Origin: Thermoanaerobaculia bacterium
Lineage (GTDB): Bacteria > Acidobacteriota > Thermoanaerobaculia > UBA5066
Reading direction: 5' to 3'
DNA: 64,000 nucleotides
NCBI GenBank assembly: GCA_038245905.1
Contig: JBBRRY010000021.1
Span: 8,424 to 72,423 of the forward strand
Program-made: the position numbers and the translations under genes
The notes under the pieces: model-generated
Seen by the model: the letters and a program-made list of their open reading frames with translations, nothing else
The model's database searches: none
Told to the model about the DNA's origin: nothing
Shown: piece by piece, positions 45,401 to 53,179 of the stretch
Layout of the letters: each line of letters starts with the position of its first letter
Numbering within the stretch: position 1 is the stretch's first letter

Positions 45401-45730
45401 GTGAAGGGCTCTCTCTTACGCGCCGCCGTCTTCGCTCTCCTCGCGCCGCTGGCGCTGGGCGGGGCGTTTGGGCACGTCGACGGGCTCGAGGTTCTCTCGC
45501 AGGGCACGCAGCTCTTTCATCCGGACCACCCCGCGCACGCCCCGTTCGTCCCGCAGCACGAGCACGCGTGCGCGTCCTGCGCCGTCTCGAACGTCATGCC
45601 GCCGGCGTCGGCGCCTGTCTTCCTCATGCCGCCTCTTTCGCACCCGCTCGCGGAATCGCGTACGGATCGCAGTTCGCCCACCCCGGATCTCCCCGAGCTC
45701 TCCGGTCGTTCGCCTCCTTCCGCAGCGTAG
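45401..45730 (+). CDS. DUF2946/CruR-like upstream ORF, putative metal-sensing ribosome-arrest peptide
   Basis: Signal-like N-terminus; His-rich stretch; CASC at 45569-45580; C-terminal GRSPP; TAGACT -10 box 8 nt before the GTG. Confidence 0.8.
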   Translation: MKGSLLRAAVFALLAPLALGGAFGHVDGLEVLSQGTQLFHPDHPAHAPFVPQHEHACASCAVSNVMPPASAPVFLMPPLSHPLAESRTDRSSPTPDLPELSGRSPPSAA

Positions 45731-45791
45731 ACGTCGCCGGGCGGGACGCAGCGCGTCCCGCTTCCCGTCAACGCCTTCGGAGGAGGATTCA

Positions 45792-46886
45792 TTGAAAGAA
45801 GATCGAGAAAGACGCGCGGCCGCGCTTTTCATCCTTGTCGCAGAATTCTGTTTCCTGGCCCTCGCTGCGGCTCCGGCCGCCGCCCAGACGGCCCAGACCG
45901 GGAACGTCTTCAACCCGAACATCTCCGTGATCGGCAATGCGCTCGGCTTCGTCGGCCACAACACCGTAGACAACCAGCCGGGCCTGCAGCTCAAGGAATC
46001 CGAGATCGGCCTTCAGGCGATCGTGGACCCGTACGCCCGCGCGGACTTCTTCGTGAGCTTCGGGAGCGAAAGGGGAGACGTCGGGATCGAGGAAGGGTTC
46101 ATCACCTTCCTGACTCTTCCCGGCGACTTCATCGCGAAGGCCGGCAAGTTCAAGGCAGCCTTCGGCAAGGTGAACACGGAGCACCCGCACGTCCGCCAGT
46201 ACGCGGACACGCCACTCGTCGTGCTGAACCTTCTCGGCAGCGAGGACGGGATCAACGACTCCGGACTCTCGCTTTCGCGCCTCATCCCGATGCCGTCCGA
46301 GATCTTGCTCGAGGCGACCGGGCAGCTCCTGCGCGGCACGTCGGAGAACCTCTTCCTGGCCGACACCCGCAACGACGTCGAGCCGCTCTTCCACCTCAAG
46401 GCCTACAAGGACCTTTCGGAATCCACCAACCTCGAGCTCGGGGGCTCGTGGACGCGTGGGAACGGTGTCGAAGGACCGGGCCTCCACACGGCGCTGGCAG
46501 GGATCGACGTCTCGTTCCGCTGGAAGCCGCTGCAGCAGGGGCTGTACCGGTCGCTCCTCGTGCGCGGCGAATGGATGACCTCCGAGCGCGAGAGGGCCGC
46601 GGGGGCCACGGTCCGCGCGGACGGCTGGTATGCCCTCGCCCAGTACCAGCTCGGGCGCCGCTGGAACGCCGGCTATCGGCACGACGAGTCGGACCACGCG
46701 GACGACGCGACGCTCCGCGACCGCGGCGACTCGGCGATCCTCACGTTCCTGCCGTCGGAGTTCTCGATGGTCCGCACCCAGCTCCGGCAGAACCGCTACG
46801 CCCAGCCCGGTGGCACCGTGAAGGCCACCGAGCTCCTCGTCCAGCTGCAGTTCGTCATCGGCGCCCACGGCGCCCACCCCTTCTGA
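45792..46886 (+). CDS. Outer-membrane beta-barrel of the metal-uptake-associated family
   Basis: AGGAGG RBS with TTG start; signal peptide; FNPNISVI, AIVDPY, FGKVNTEHPH and C-terminal GAHGAHPF. Confidence 0.85.
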   Translation: MKEDRERRAAALFILVAEFCFLALAAAPAAAQTAQTGNVFNPNISVIGNALGFVGHNTVDNQPGLQLKESEIGLQAIVDPYARADFFVSFGSERGDVGIEEGFITFLTLPGDFIAKAGKFKAAFGKVNTEHPHVRQYADTPLVVLNLLGSEDGINDSGLSLSRLIPMPSEILLEATGQLLRGTSENLFLADTRNDVEPLFHLKAYKDLSESTNLELGGSWTRGNGVEGPGLHTALAGIDVSFRWKPLQQGLYRSLLVRGEWMTSERERAAGATVRADGWYALAQYQLGRRWNAGYRHDESDHADDATLRDRGDSAILTFLPSEFSMVRTQLRQNRYAQPGGTVKATELLVQLQFVIGAHGAHPF

Positions 46887-46903
46887 GAAATGCGAGGAAG
46901 AAA

Positions 46904-47848
46904 ATGAAACGCAGAAGAGAAGATTTTCTTAGAAGGATAATTGGGCCGCTGCTCATTCTGGTTGCCTTTCTTCTCTCCGCCTCCGCCGAAGCAAGGAAGC
47001 TGAAAGTCGTCACGACGCTGTCAGACTTCGCATCGCTCGCCGCGACGATCGGCGGGGACCGCGTCGAGGCCGAAGCGCTGGCGAAGGGCTATCAGGACCC
47101 GCACTTCGTCGAGCCGAAGCCGTCCTTCGTCCTCAAGCTCAACAGAGCGGATGTCCTGATCGTCGCCGGCCTCGAGCTCGAGATCGGGTATCTGCCGCCG
47201 CTCCTCGACCAGGCGCGCAACGAGAGGATCCGTTCTACGGGCGCGGGCTACCTCGATGCGTCCGCCGGCTGCGACATCCTCGATAAGCCCGCCGGTCAGG
47301 TCACGCGGGCGATGGGAGACGTCCACCCGTACGGGAACCCGCACTACTGGCTCGACCCGAAGAACGGGCGCGTGATCGCCCGCGCGATCGCCGCGAAGCT
47401 GACGGCGCTCGACCCGCCCGGCGCCGCCGACTACGCGAAGAACCTTGCGGACTTCGAGGCGAAGCTCAAGGCGGCCGAGGCGCGGTGGGCCGCACGCCTC
47501 GCGCCGTTCAAGAACACGAAGATCGTCACGTACCACAGCTCGTGGCCGAACTTCGCAAAGGCGTTTTCGCTGGACGTCGTCGGGTTCCTCGAGCCGAAGC
47601 CGGGCATCCCGCCGTCGCCGCAGCACAAGCTGGAGATCATCAACCTCATGAACGCCGAGAAAGTCCCTCTCATCCTCATGGAGGTGTACTTCGACCGGAA
47701 GGACCCCGACTTCGTGGCGTTGAAAACGGGCGCGACGGTCGTCGTGATTCCGCCTTCCGTCGGGGGCGAGCCCGCCGCGAAGGACTATCTGTCGCTCTTC
47801 GACGTCGACGTCGAAAAGATCGCTGCGGCTCTGGAGAAGAGGAAATGA
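46904..47848 (+). CDS. Metal ABC transporter substrate-binding protein (ZnuA/TroA cluster)
   Basis: QDPHF, GDVHPYGNPHYWLDP, TYHSSW and EPKPGIPP motifs. Confidence 0.92.
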   Translation: MKRRREDFLRRIIGPLLILVAFLLSASAEARKLKVVTTLSDFASLAATIGGDRVEAEALAKGYQDPHFVEPKPSFVLKLNRADVLIVAGLELEIGYLPPLLDQARNERIRSTGAGYLDASAGCDILDKPAGQVTRAMGDVHPYGNPHYWLDPKNGRVIARAIAAKLTALDPPGAADYAKNLADFEAKLKAAEARWAARLAPFKNTKIVTYHSSWPNFAKAFSLDVVGFLEPKPGIPPSPQHKLEIINLMNAEKVPLILMEVYFDRKDPDFVALKTGATVVVIPPSVGGEPAAKDYLSLFDVDVEKIAAALEKRK

Positions 47849-48684
47849 CCGTCTTCGAGATCCTGCTCCCCGCGTTCGTCGCGAGCCTGATCCTGACCGG
47901 GATCCACTCCTATCTCGGGGTCCACGTCGTGGAGCGGGGGGTAATTTTCGTGGACCTCTCGCTCGCACAGATCGCGGCGTTCGGAGGGACGGTGGGCTAT
48001 CTCGCCGGATACGAGATGCACTCGAACGGTTCGTATGCGTTCTCACTCGCCTTCACGCTTCTTGGGGCCGCGATCTTCGCCCTGACGAAATCGCACGGCA
48101 AGACACGCATCCCGCAGGAGGCGATCATCGGGATCGCGTACGCCGTGTCCGCGGCGTGCGCGGTCCTCGTCATGTCGAAGGCGACACGCGAGACCGAGCA
48201 CCTCAAGGAGATGCTCGTCGGAAACATCCTCTCGGTCTCGTGGCCGGACCTCGCGAAGACGGCGGCGCTCTATGCCCTCGTCGGGGTCTTCCACTTCGTC
48301 TTCCGCGAGCGGTTCCTCCTGATCTCCCGCAACGAGGCCGAGGCCGTCCGCCGCGGCTGGAACGTCAAGTTCTGGGACTTTCTTTTCTACGCCTCCTTCG
48401 GCTTCGTCGTGACGAGCTCCGTCGCGATCGCCGGCGTCCTCCTCGTCTTCTCGTTCTTGATCGTGCCGTCCGTCGCCGCGATGCTCTTTTCCGAGCGGCT
48501 CGGGGTCCGCTTGGCGATCGGCTGGACGATGGGCGTCCTCGTGTCTGCAGTCGGGGTCTGGCTGTCGTTCCTCTTCGACCTCCCGACGGGCGCGGCCATC
48601 GTCGCGACGTTCGGGGCGGCCCTTCTGATCCTCGCCGCGGTTCGGCGGTTCGTGCCCGGCCCGTGGAGGACCGTCACGGCCTAG
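47845..48684 (+). CDS. Metal ABC transporter permease (ZnuB-like)
   Basis: GVHVVERGVIFVDLSLAQ, QEAIIG, GVLLVFSFLIVP and DLPTG motifs; ATGA overlap. Confidence 0.9.
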   Translation: MTVFEILLPAFVASLILTGIHSYLGVHVVERGVIFVDLSLAQIAAFGGTVGYLAGYEMHSNGSYAFSLAFTLLGAAIFALTKSHGKTRIPQEAIIGIAYAVSAACAVLVMSKATRETEHLKEMLVGNILSVSWPDLAKTAALYALVGVFHFVFRERFLLISRNEAEAVRRGWNVKFWDFLFYASFGFVVTSSVAIAGVLLVFSFLIVPSVAAMLFSERLGVRLAIGWTMGVLVSAVGVWLSFLFDLPTGAAIVATFGAALLILAAVRRFVPGPWRTVTA

Positions 48685-48694
48685 AATCCGGTGC

Positions 48695-49768
48695 ATGCCG
48701 ACAAGCAGACGCGCGTTTCTCGAGGAAGTCTCGTTCGCCTCCCTCATCGCGGGGTTCCCGCTCTCGGCGCAGGCCTCGCTCCAGAAGTACGCCGAGAAGC
48801 CGCCGGAACCTGTCTTCCCGAAGGCGCTGAAGAAAGGCGACACGATCGCGCTCATCTCGCCGGCCTCGCCAGGTCACGAGCCCGACGGCACCGACCTGGC
48901 GGTCGAGATCGTGACGTCCCTCGGCTACAAACCCAGGGTCATGCCGAACGCGGGGAAGTTCACGCGTTACCTCGCGGGGACGGACGCGGAGCGGGCGGCT
49001 GACCTCAACGCGGCCTTCGCGGATCCTTCGGTGGACGCGGTGTGGTGCCTGCGCGGCGGCTACGGCACGCCGCGCATCCTGCCGCTCCTCGATTACGAGA
49101 CGATCCGGAAGAACCCAAAGGTCTTCATCGGCTATTCGGACATCACGGGGACGCTGAACGCGATCAACCGGTTGACGGGCCTCGTGACGTTTCACGGCCC
49201 GAACGGCGGGGACGTTCAGAGCGACTACACGCTGGACCAGTTCCGGCGCGTCGTCACGAACCCGCAGGCCGCCGGTCGCATCGCGGAGCCGCCGCCTCCG
49301 GGCAAGCCCCCGCGCGAAGGCTGGGTGGACAAGGAGAACCGCCTCTACCGCCTCGCGCCGGGCAAGGCGAAGGGGCGCCTCGTGGGCGGGAACATCTCCG
49401 TGTTCTCGACACTCATCGGAACTCCGTTCGAGCCCGAGCTCAAGGGCCGCATCCTCTTCCTCGAGGAGGTCGGCGAGGACCCGTACCGCATCGATCGCTG
49501 GCTCACTCAATTCCTCCTCACGGGAAAGCTCTCCGGCCTCGCGGGCGTCGCGCTCGGCAAGTTCTCGAAGTGCAACTCGGAGGACTCCTACGGGACGTGG
49601 ACGTGGGAGGAGGTCTGCAAGGACCGGTTCGGAGGCCTCGGAATTCCCGTCCTCGCGCGTCTCGTCTTCGGCCACGTGACGGACAAGGCGACGCTTCCAC
49701 TCGGTGTCATGGCCGAGCTGGACGCCGACGCGGGCACGCTCACGCTGCTGGAGGCCGCGGTCCGGTGA
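48695..49768 (+). CDS. Peptidase S66 LD-carboxypeptidase with a Tat signal
   Basis: SRRAFL signal; RGGYG; GYSDIT (catalytic Ser); GGN; LEEV; FGH. Confidence 0.92.
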   Translation: MPTSRRAFLEEVSFASLIAGFPLSAQASLQKYAEKPPEPVFPKALKKGDTIALISPASPGHEPDGTDLAVEIVTSLGYKPRVMPNAGKFTRYLAGTDAERAADLNAAFADPSVDAVWCLRGGYGTPRILPLLDYETIRKNPKVFIGYSDITGTLNAINRLTGLVTFHGPNGGDVQSDYTLDQFRRVVTNPQAAGRIAEPPPPGKPPREGWVDKENRLYRLAPGKAKGRLVGGNISVFSTLIGTPFEPELKGRILFLEEVGEDPYRIDRWLTQFLLTGKLSGLAGVALGKFSKCNSEDSYGTWTWEEVCKDRFGGLGIPVLARLVFGHVTDKATLPLGVMAELDADAGTLTLLEAAVR

Positions 49769-49790
49769 CGAGCGTTCGTCCGGGGAACTG

Positions 49791-50444
49791 ATGGCGGACA
49801 TCGACTCGCGCGCCGGCCTCTCGTACTCGACGCGCGAGATTCTTGACTGGCTCGCGGCGACGCACGCGCCTCACGACGCCGCGCTCGCGAGAGCCTTCGA
49901 CGCGCCCGCCGCGCACGGGATGCCCGCGATCCAGCTGGGGGCGTCCGAGGCGAAGACCGTCGCCCTCCTCCTGAAGCTCGCGGGGGCGAAGAAGGTCGTC
50001 GAGGTCGGGACGCTCGCGGCGTACTCGGCGCTCGTCATGGCGCGCGCGCTGCCCGAGGACGGTCACGTCTGGACGATCGAGTTCGACTCGAAGCGCGCGC
50101 GCGTCGCGCGCGAGAACCTCGCGGCGGCGGGCGAGAGCGCGAGGGTCACGGTCCTCGAGGGCGCGGGCCTCGATGTCCTGCCCACGCTCGAGAAGGAAGG
50201 CCCCTTCGACGCGGTTTTCATCGACGCCGACAAGCGCAACTACGACGGTTACGGCCGTTGGGCCGCGAAGAACGTCCGGAAGGGCGGCCTTCTCATCGGC
50301 GACAACGCGTTTCTGTTCGGCCGGCTCCTCGAGGACTCCGAGGAGGCCGCGGCGATGCGGCGCTTCCACGAGGAGGCGCGGGTCGCCTTCGACACGGTCT
50401 GCCTGCCGACGCTCGACGGCATGCTCCTGGGCGTCCGGCGCTGA
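49791..50444 (+). CDS. O-methyltransferase (family 3, COMT/CCoAOMT-like)
   Basis: VEVGTLAAYS, FDAVFIDADK and GGLLIGDN motifs. Confidence 0.9.
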   Translation: MADIDSRAGLSYSTREILDWLAATHAPHDAALARAFDAPAAHGMPAIQLGASEAKTVALLLKLAGAKKVVEVGTLAAYSALVMARALPEDGHVWTIEFDSKRARVARENLAAAGESARVTVLEGAGLDVLPTLEKEGPFDAVFIDADKRNYDGYGRWAAKNVRKGGLLIGDNAFLFGRLLEDSEEAAAMRRFHEEARVAFDTVCLPTLDGMLLGVRR

Positions 50445-50450
50445 GGCAGC

Positions 50451-51359
50451 TTAACGGCGCGTCGCGAGGAGCGACGCGACGACGGAGACGGCGAGGACGA
50501 GGCCGATGACGCCGAGGGAAATCCCCACGGGGACCTTGACCAGCTCGACGAGCGCCATCTTGAGACCCACGAAGACGAGGATCACGGAGAGGCCGAGCTT
50601 CAGGTAGACGAAGCGCCCCATGATCCCGGCGAGCAGGAAGTAGAGGGATCTGAGGCCGAGGATCGCGAAGACGTTGGACGTGTAGACGAGGAACGTGTCC
50701 GACGTGACCGCGAAGATCGCGGGCACGGAGTCCACCGCGAATACGAGGTCCATGCTCTCGACGACGAGAAGGACGAGGAAGAGCGGCGTTGCGAAGAGGC
50801 GCCCTGCCCGCCGGACGAAGAACGCCTGGCCTTCGTAGCTCTCGGTGACGGGAAGGAGCTTCCGCGCGAGGCGGACGAGGGGGTTCTTCTCGGGGTGGAG
50901 CTCTGCGTTGTCGTGGAGGGCCATCTTGACGCCCGTCACGACGAGGAACGCGCCGAAGATCCAGACGAGGAAGTGGAACTTCGCGAGGAGAAACGCGCCC
51001 GCGGCGATGAGGGCACCCCGCAGGAGGAGGGCGCCGAGGATCCCCCAGAAGAGGACGCGGTGTTGGTAGAGCGCCGGCACCGCGAAGTACGTGAAGATCA
51101 GCGCGATCACGAAGATGTTGTCGACGCTGAGGGATTTCTCGATCAGGTAGCCCGTGAGGTACTGGAGGGCGGGCTCCTTGCCCTCGAAGTGCCAGAGGCC
51201 CGCCCCGAAGACGAGAGCGAGCGCGATCCAGACGGCGCTCCAGGCTCCCGCTTCTTTGAGCGAGACGGCGTGGGCCTTGCGGTGGAAGACGCCCAGGTCC
51301 AGCGCGAGCATCGCGAGGACGAAGACGTTGAAGGCGATCCAGACGGCGGGGCCGTGCAT
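50451..51359 (-). CDS. terC: TerC/Alx family metal homeostasis membrane protein
   Basis: YLIEKSLSVDNIFV, DLVFAVDSVPAIFA and TSNVFAILGLRSLYF motifs. Confidence 0.95.
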   Translation of the reverse strand: MHGPAVWIAFNVFVLAMLALDLGVFHRKAHAVSLKEAGAWSAVWIALALVFGAGLWHFEGKEPALQYLTGYLIEKSLSVDNIFVIALIFTYFAVPALYQHRVLFWGILGALLLRGALIAAGAFLLAKFHFLVWIFGAFLVVTGVKMALHDNAELHPEKNPLVRLARKLLPVTESYEGQAFFVRRAGRLFATPLFLVLLVVESMDLVFAVDSVPAIFAVTSDTFLVYTSNVFAILGLRSLYFLLAGIMGRFVYLKLGLSVILVFVGLKMALVELVKVPVGISLGVIGLVLAVSVVASLLATRR

Positions 51360-51502
51360 CGGCGAATACTACGGCCGCCGCCGGGCCGCGCCGTGCCGAA
51401 GACCCTTCCGCTCACCGGGAACGGGGGGCACGGTCGACACATTCGTCATCGAACCCGCCGGCGGGCTCGCGATCTACAGTCGCTGAGAGCGGCCCCCTCG
51501 CC

Positions 51503-51527
51503 GTAACCTTCCGTTCGTCCGGTCGTC
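51503..51527 (+). promoter_or_regulatory. Putative autoregulatory ECF sigma promoter
   Basis: GTAAC-16 nt-CGTC immediately upstream of the ECF sigma gene. Confidence 0.6.
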
Positions 51528-51536
51528 TTAGGGGAC

Positions 51537-52160
51537 GTGGGCGCTGCCATTTCAGCCTTGGAGGAATGCCTGGAAGCACCCGCGGCGAACCCAGACCAGG
51601 AAGCGGATCTCGAGTCGCTGGAGCAGGTTCGCCGTGGAGAAGCCGAGGGAGCGACCCGGCTCTTTCACCGCTATTCGGCGCCCCTCCTGAGGTTCACGGG
51701 CCGCCTGCTCGGAAATTCCGCCGAGGCCGAGGAAGTCACCCAGGACGTCTTTCTGAAGCTCATGTCGCGGGCCGATCAGTATGACGGGCGCGCGCCGGTG
51801 GCTTCCTGGCTCTTCGCGATCGCCACGAATGCCTGCCGCGACCGCCAGCGCCGCTCCGTGCGCCGGCCGAGCGTTGCGCTGAATGCCGTGGCCGAGGTCG
51901 CCGAGCCGGGAATTCCGGTGGACGAGCGCCTCGTCGATCGGCAGCGCCGTGAAGCCGTACGGCGCGCCCTCCAGCACCTTTCCGGCGAACAGCGAGAGGC
52001 CATCGTCCTCGCCCGCTACCACGGGATGCCCTATGCCGACATCGCAAGGACGCTGAATATCAGCGAGGGCGCGGTCAAGACTCGGATTTTCAGGGCCATG
52101 GAAACCTTGAAGGCCCATTTCTCATCAGGAGACTCACCATGGATTGCCGCGACGCACTGA
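51537..52160 (+). CDS. ECF-type RNA polymerase sigma factor
   Basis: AEEVTQDVF and SWLFAIATN (region 2); YADIARTLNISEGAVKTRIFRA (region 4). Confidence 0.95.
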   Translation: MGAAISALEECLEAPAANPDQEADLESLEQVRRGEAEGATRLFHRYSAPLLRFTGRLLGNSAEAEEVTQDVFLKLMSRADQYDGRAPVASWLFAIATNACRDRQRRSVRRPSVALNAVAEVAEPGIPVDERLVDRQRREAVRRALQHLSGEQREAIVLARYHGMPYADIARTLNISEGAVKTRIFRAMETLKAHFSSGDSPWIAATH

Positions 52161-53146
52161 ACGTTCGTGAGCTCGTTCTCGACCGTCTCGCCGGAGCCCC
52201 GGCGGAGGGGGCGGACGAGGCGTTCCTCGACTCCCATCTCGCCTTCTGCGCCTCGTGCCGCACCGAATTCGAGGCGCTCGAGGCCGTCTGGACCCGCCTT
52301 GGAGAGGACGACGGCGCCGACCTCGTGCTCTCGCCGGAGTTCGCGGCGCGCACGACGGCGGCGATCGCATCGGCCCGGCGCGGGAGCCTCCTGCCGTTTC
52401 CCGCTCCGCGCTCGGGCGAGAATCTCCTGAAAGTTGCCGTTGTGCTGCTCGCCGGCGGGCTCGGCTTCCTCGTGGCGCGGGGCACCGATCGTCCGGCGCC
52501 GTTCACGGCCTCGACCGCGCTCCCGACGCCGAGCCTCGGTGCCGGGGAAAACTTCACCCTCGTCGCGAATCGCACGGTGGATGCCTCCCGCTCGGCGCTG
52601 GACCTCTCCGGCAAGCCGCGCCTCTCGAACGTCGCGTATGCGCCCGCTGACGCCGCGGGCCGGATCGCGGTCTCGTTCGACGTCTCGACGCGCTACACGG
52701 TCGTCGGCAGGCCCGAGGAGCAGGCTGTCGCGAATCTCCTCGCCTCGCTCGTTTCCGGGAGCGCGGGGTCCGAGGGCGCGAAGGGCAAGGCCCTCGACCT
52801 CGTCTCCGAGGGCACGCGCGGGGGCGCGCCCGTCTCGCCGGAGATTGTCGCGCTGCTTCGGCGCACGCTCGAGACCGACAAGAACCCGGGCGTCCGACGG
52901 AAGGCCGCCGAGGCGCTCGCGCAGATGCCACCGACGCCCGAGACACGGGACGCTCTCGCGACGGCCCTGAAGACTGACACGAACCCGGCCGTCCGCATCC
53001 TCGCCGTCGAGGGCCTCGCGAAGGCCGCCACGACGCTCAAGGACGCGACGTCCATCGAGAGCCTGCGCCAGAAGGCGGGCGACGACCGCGAGAACGGCTA
53101 CGTTCGCAGCCAGGCCGCGCTCGCTCTCTCGAAGATCGAGATCTGA
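52139..53146 (+). CDS. Zinc-binding anti-sigma factor (HxxxCxxC) + TM + HEAT repeats
   Basis: HLAFCASC; single TM; repeats DKNPGVRRKA, DTNPAVRILA and ENGYVR; AGGAG RBS. Confidence 0.88.
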   Translation: MDCRDALNVRELVLDRLAGAPAEGADEAFLDSHLAFCASCRTEFEALEAVWTRLGEDDGADLVLSPEFAARTTAAIASARRGSLLPFPAPRSGENLLKVAVVLLAGGLGFLVARGTDRPAPFTASTALPTPSLGAGENFTLVANRTVDASRSALDLSGKPRLSNVAYAPADAAGRIAVSFDVSTRYTVVGRPEEQAVANLLASLVSGSAGSEGAKGKALDLVSEGTRGGAPVSPEIVALLRRTLETDKNPGVRRKAAEALAQMPPTPETRDALATALKTDTNPAVRILAVEGLAKAATTLKDATSIESLRQKAGDDRENGYVRSQAALALSKIEI

Positions 53147-53179
53147 GTGACCTTGCGCCCGCTGGAGCGTCTCTTTGAC

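Noticed and set aside
51420-51486. Short coding-like stretch GGTVDTFVIEPAGGLAIYSR* between terC and the ECF sigma
   Set aside because: No start codon or recognisable family; cannot be distinguished from chance
51360-51500. Expected yybP-ykoY Mn riboswitch upstream of terC
   Set aside because: No matching conserved elements seen, and a -10 box lies 6 nt from the ATG, leaving no room for a leader
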